The notes under the pieces are model-generated. The model was not told where the DNA came from, did no database searches, and was given only the letters and a program-made list of their open reading frames with translations. Shown piece by piece: positions 54,911 through 64,000 of a stretch of DNA of 64,000 bases. Origin of the DNA: Macrostomum lignano (Eukaryota); the NCBI GenBank assembly GCA_002269645.1, contig NIVC01000001.1, positions 372,001 through 436,000 on the forward strand. The letters are read 5' to 3'. Each line of letters opens with the position of its first letter. The first letter of the stretch is position 1. The position numbers and the translations under genes were made by a program.

Positions 54911-56828
54911 TGCACTAAAATTAATGCTAACAACACTGATTCCCAAAATAATATAGGAAATGTGAGGCGGATTTGAGGCGGATTTGTCTCCATCATGTAG
55001 AATTTTTTACTTTGTCCCCTCTATCATAAAATTACCTGATCCTGTAAATCACTGTGATAATTGCTGTTTTTTTACAAAGCGAAGTTCTCTTTTAAAATTA
55101 GCTCGTACGTATTGTGAGCTCGCACAAGCGCAGCAGTGTTAGTATTTTTATTGGCTGGCAATGCGAACACTTTTGAAGAATAATGTACACACGCATTTGT
55201 GTGCGTAGTGTGCGTACTCTGCGAACATCACACTCCTGCGAAAGCGAAGCAGGAGACCTGCACTCTGTCTTACTTACTGTCATTGAGAACTTTGTCATCT
55301 AAAAAATATTTTCAACGCTCCGTTGTTTTCTAGAATGTGGAAGTTCGCGTTCAATGTGATGACAAAACTCACGGGTTTGTACTAGTTGTTTTTTCTATTA
55401 GAATTAACACAGAAATATTAAAAAATCGAAGATTTTGTGGCTCGTATGGGCGCGTGTGAAATGAGCTGTGTGGCCACATGCATGTATGGCTTGTATTCGA
55501 ATAAAAACGTAAAATTTGTCTCAACTGATGTCGCTGTGAACCATGGCCAGTCTTTAGTCTAAAATATTTTGGCACATCTGACACTTACATAGTAAAAGCG
55601 CCTGTGGCGCATCCAAAGGGAAGAGGAAGGTAGGCTGGACCAGCAACCATGTCATTTAGACCCCATTTTTTACTAAGAATTTGTCTCCATCAGTTATTTC
55701 GTGACCCTAACCCAATAATAATTAACACTAACCATTTTACTATATAGTTTTTCAACTTCTATGTATGCTAATTGTGACTAACTAAAATAAATCAGTTCCA
55801 TATTCCTTTCTCTCTACTTTTGAGTAAGCGAGCTCTAATACGAGCGTATTTTTAAAGCGTAAAAGAATTTTAATTAGTTTCACAGTGTAAGGCGCTGGTG
55901 TGTTTGCTATCTATTCGTAATTGAGCTTGAGTACGCGTGCTCATGTGTCTTTGAAAAGGTATTTTTAACTACTTGCATGCCTAGCAAGCTATTGCAGAAT
56001 TTGTATTAAGAAAACACATCAGCTTCTCTCATCGGATCTACCCAGAGGCATTTTTGCTGCGTCATTGCAGGGGCCAGGGTGTTTTTCATAAGAGAACTAT
56101 TCAATTCTGAGCAAGAAAAGGCACGAACACAGTTAAAGTGTTTGAACTACAGTTTTGGTTGCCCTAGTGACCTAGTGAAGTAGTGACGAGTGTTGAAAAA
56201 GCCTATAGACTGTCTTTTCTCTCTTTTCTCTGTCTGTCAGACCCACGACAGTCTGCATGCGATTCTCTTTTCTCTCTCTTTGCTAGCGCCAAGCCAAATT
56301 CGGTTTTGAATAGAATAAATTTGGTCCAAATATCTTCTGCATGGTCTTTGCGACGACGCTCAACCAGATAAAAAGCCGCTTGAGTCGCCTCTGCAGCAGT
56401 TTGCTTTCAAGTCATGCTTGGCTGAGCTACAATAGAGATAAGCAATGCCTATGCAGCCCTCCCTCTCCGCTGTATTCTTCTATTCTTGAGGCGGAGAGCT
56501 GAGCTCTTTGCGCGTTATTAGCTTGAGTAGTTTCCGTTGCTAAGCAAACTCAGGAGACCGCTGCCCCACTGTGAGTGGGTGGGTCAAACCTGTATAGGCG
56601 CTATAGGCGCAGTTTAAGATGCAGTAAACTTGTGGAGGGGGTTGCGGCACACAGCTTGGCAACCACCTCGGCGGCCCAGCAACCTCGCCCCCCCTCTGCG
56701 CCGTCCCTATTTAACTCTCTCCTTCGCCCGCGCTCCGAGCCCTCTTCATTGCTACACAGAGGACTCCGTCAGTTTCTCTCAAGCCGAAACAGCAGCCTAC
56801 CCCTCACTTCGCTTTCGAAGCCTTCAGC

Positions 56829-58264
<1,436 letters not shown>

Positions 58265-58708
58265 GCCGGATCTTGATAAAACCAACAGATCGACTTTATT
58301 CCAACTCGAAAAATTCAGCAAAATTGGACTTTTTAGACAAAATATTCAAAATTTAACATCATTCACTTTATCAATCAAATTTCAGCGCTCAAACCAATCA
58401 AGTAGTGTTAGTAATTCTATTTGCAGTTCAGATCTTTTATTAATATTGTAAGGCGAAAAATTTCTCAATAAATAACATAACAGCTCTTTTAAGCAGATTC
58501 ACCTACTTTTATGAGCAGTTAGACAAATAAACAACGATTACCTTCCGTAAGACTCAGTTAGTGCTAAACTGAACTTTTTACCAACTTTTGGAGAATATAA
58601 AAATTCTAAGATTTTTTTGTGTCTTCTTCATTTAACTTCTTTTTCTATAGTTGTAACGCTTTGGCCAGATTATATCTGAACCACACTTCTTTCTAAGAAA
58701 TCAATTTA

Positions 58709-64000
<5,292 letters not shown>

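Noticed and set aside
54185-54996. Several 130-270-aa repetitive ORFs
   Set aside because: They are translations of the 45-bp minisatellite.
56700-56780. TATA box (TATTTAA at 56708) and Inr (TCAGTT at 56769) for alpha-tubulin
   Set aside because: The spacing of about 60 bp does not fit a canonical TATA-Inr pair, and the TSS cannot be placed without data.

Overview
This is eukaryotic (metazoan) genomic DNA with GC-rich exons, AT-rich spacers and introns filled with tandem repeats. That pattern suggests a free-living flatworm such as Macrostomum, which is an inference and was not verified. I reconstructed seven protein-coding genes by reading splice sites by eye: (1) class V myosin motor domain (minus strand, 7 exons, continuing beyond the left edge); (2) PRL/PTP4A phosphatase (plus, 2 exons); (3) an orphan two-TM membrane protein (minus); (4) a secreted 215-aa protein with a predicted Der p 7/TULIP-like fold (minus, 2 exons); (5) a 1160-aa VWDE-like type I membrane protein (minus, 2 exons); (6) alpha-tubulin (plus, 2 exons); (7) the 3' half of NAGLU (minus, 6 exons). 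Mobile DNA includes a deleted Gypsy LTR element carrying a nested RNase H-bearing LINE with a 13-bp TSD, a LINE nested in another LINE, mariner and RTE relics, two CORE-like SINEs and several MITE families with 8-bp TSDs. Most long ORFs in the track are artefacts of tandem repeats. There is no CRISPR array, no rRNA and no convincing intact tRNA gene. I found no single clear-cut new biological system. The best leads are the PBS copied after both LTRs, the splice-signal-like intronic minisatellites, the orphan secreted and membrane proteins, and two motif-array regulatory candidates (CCAAT and E2F-like).
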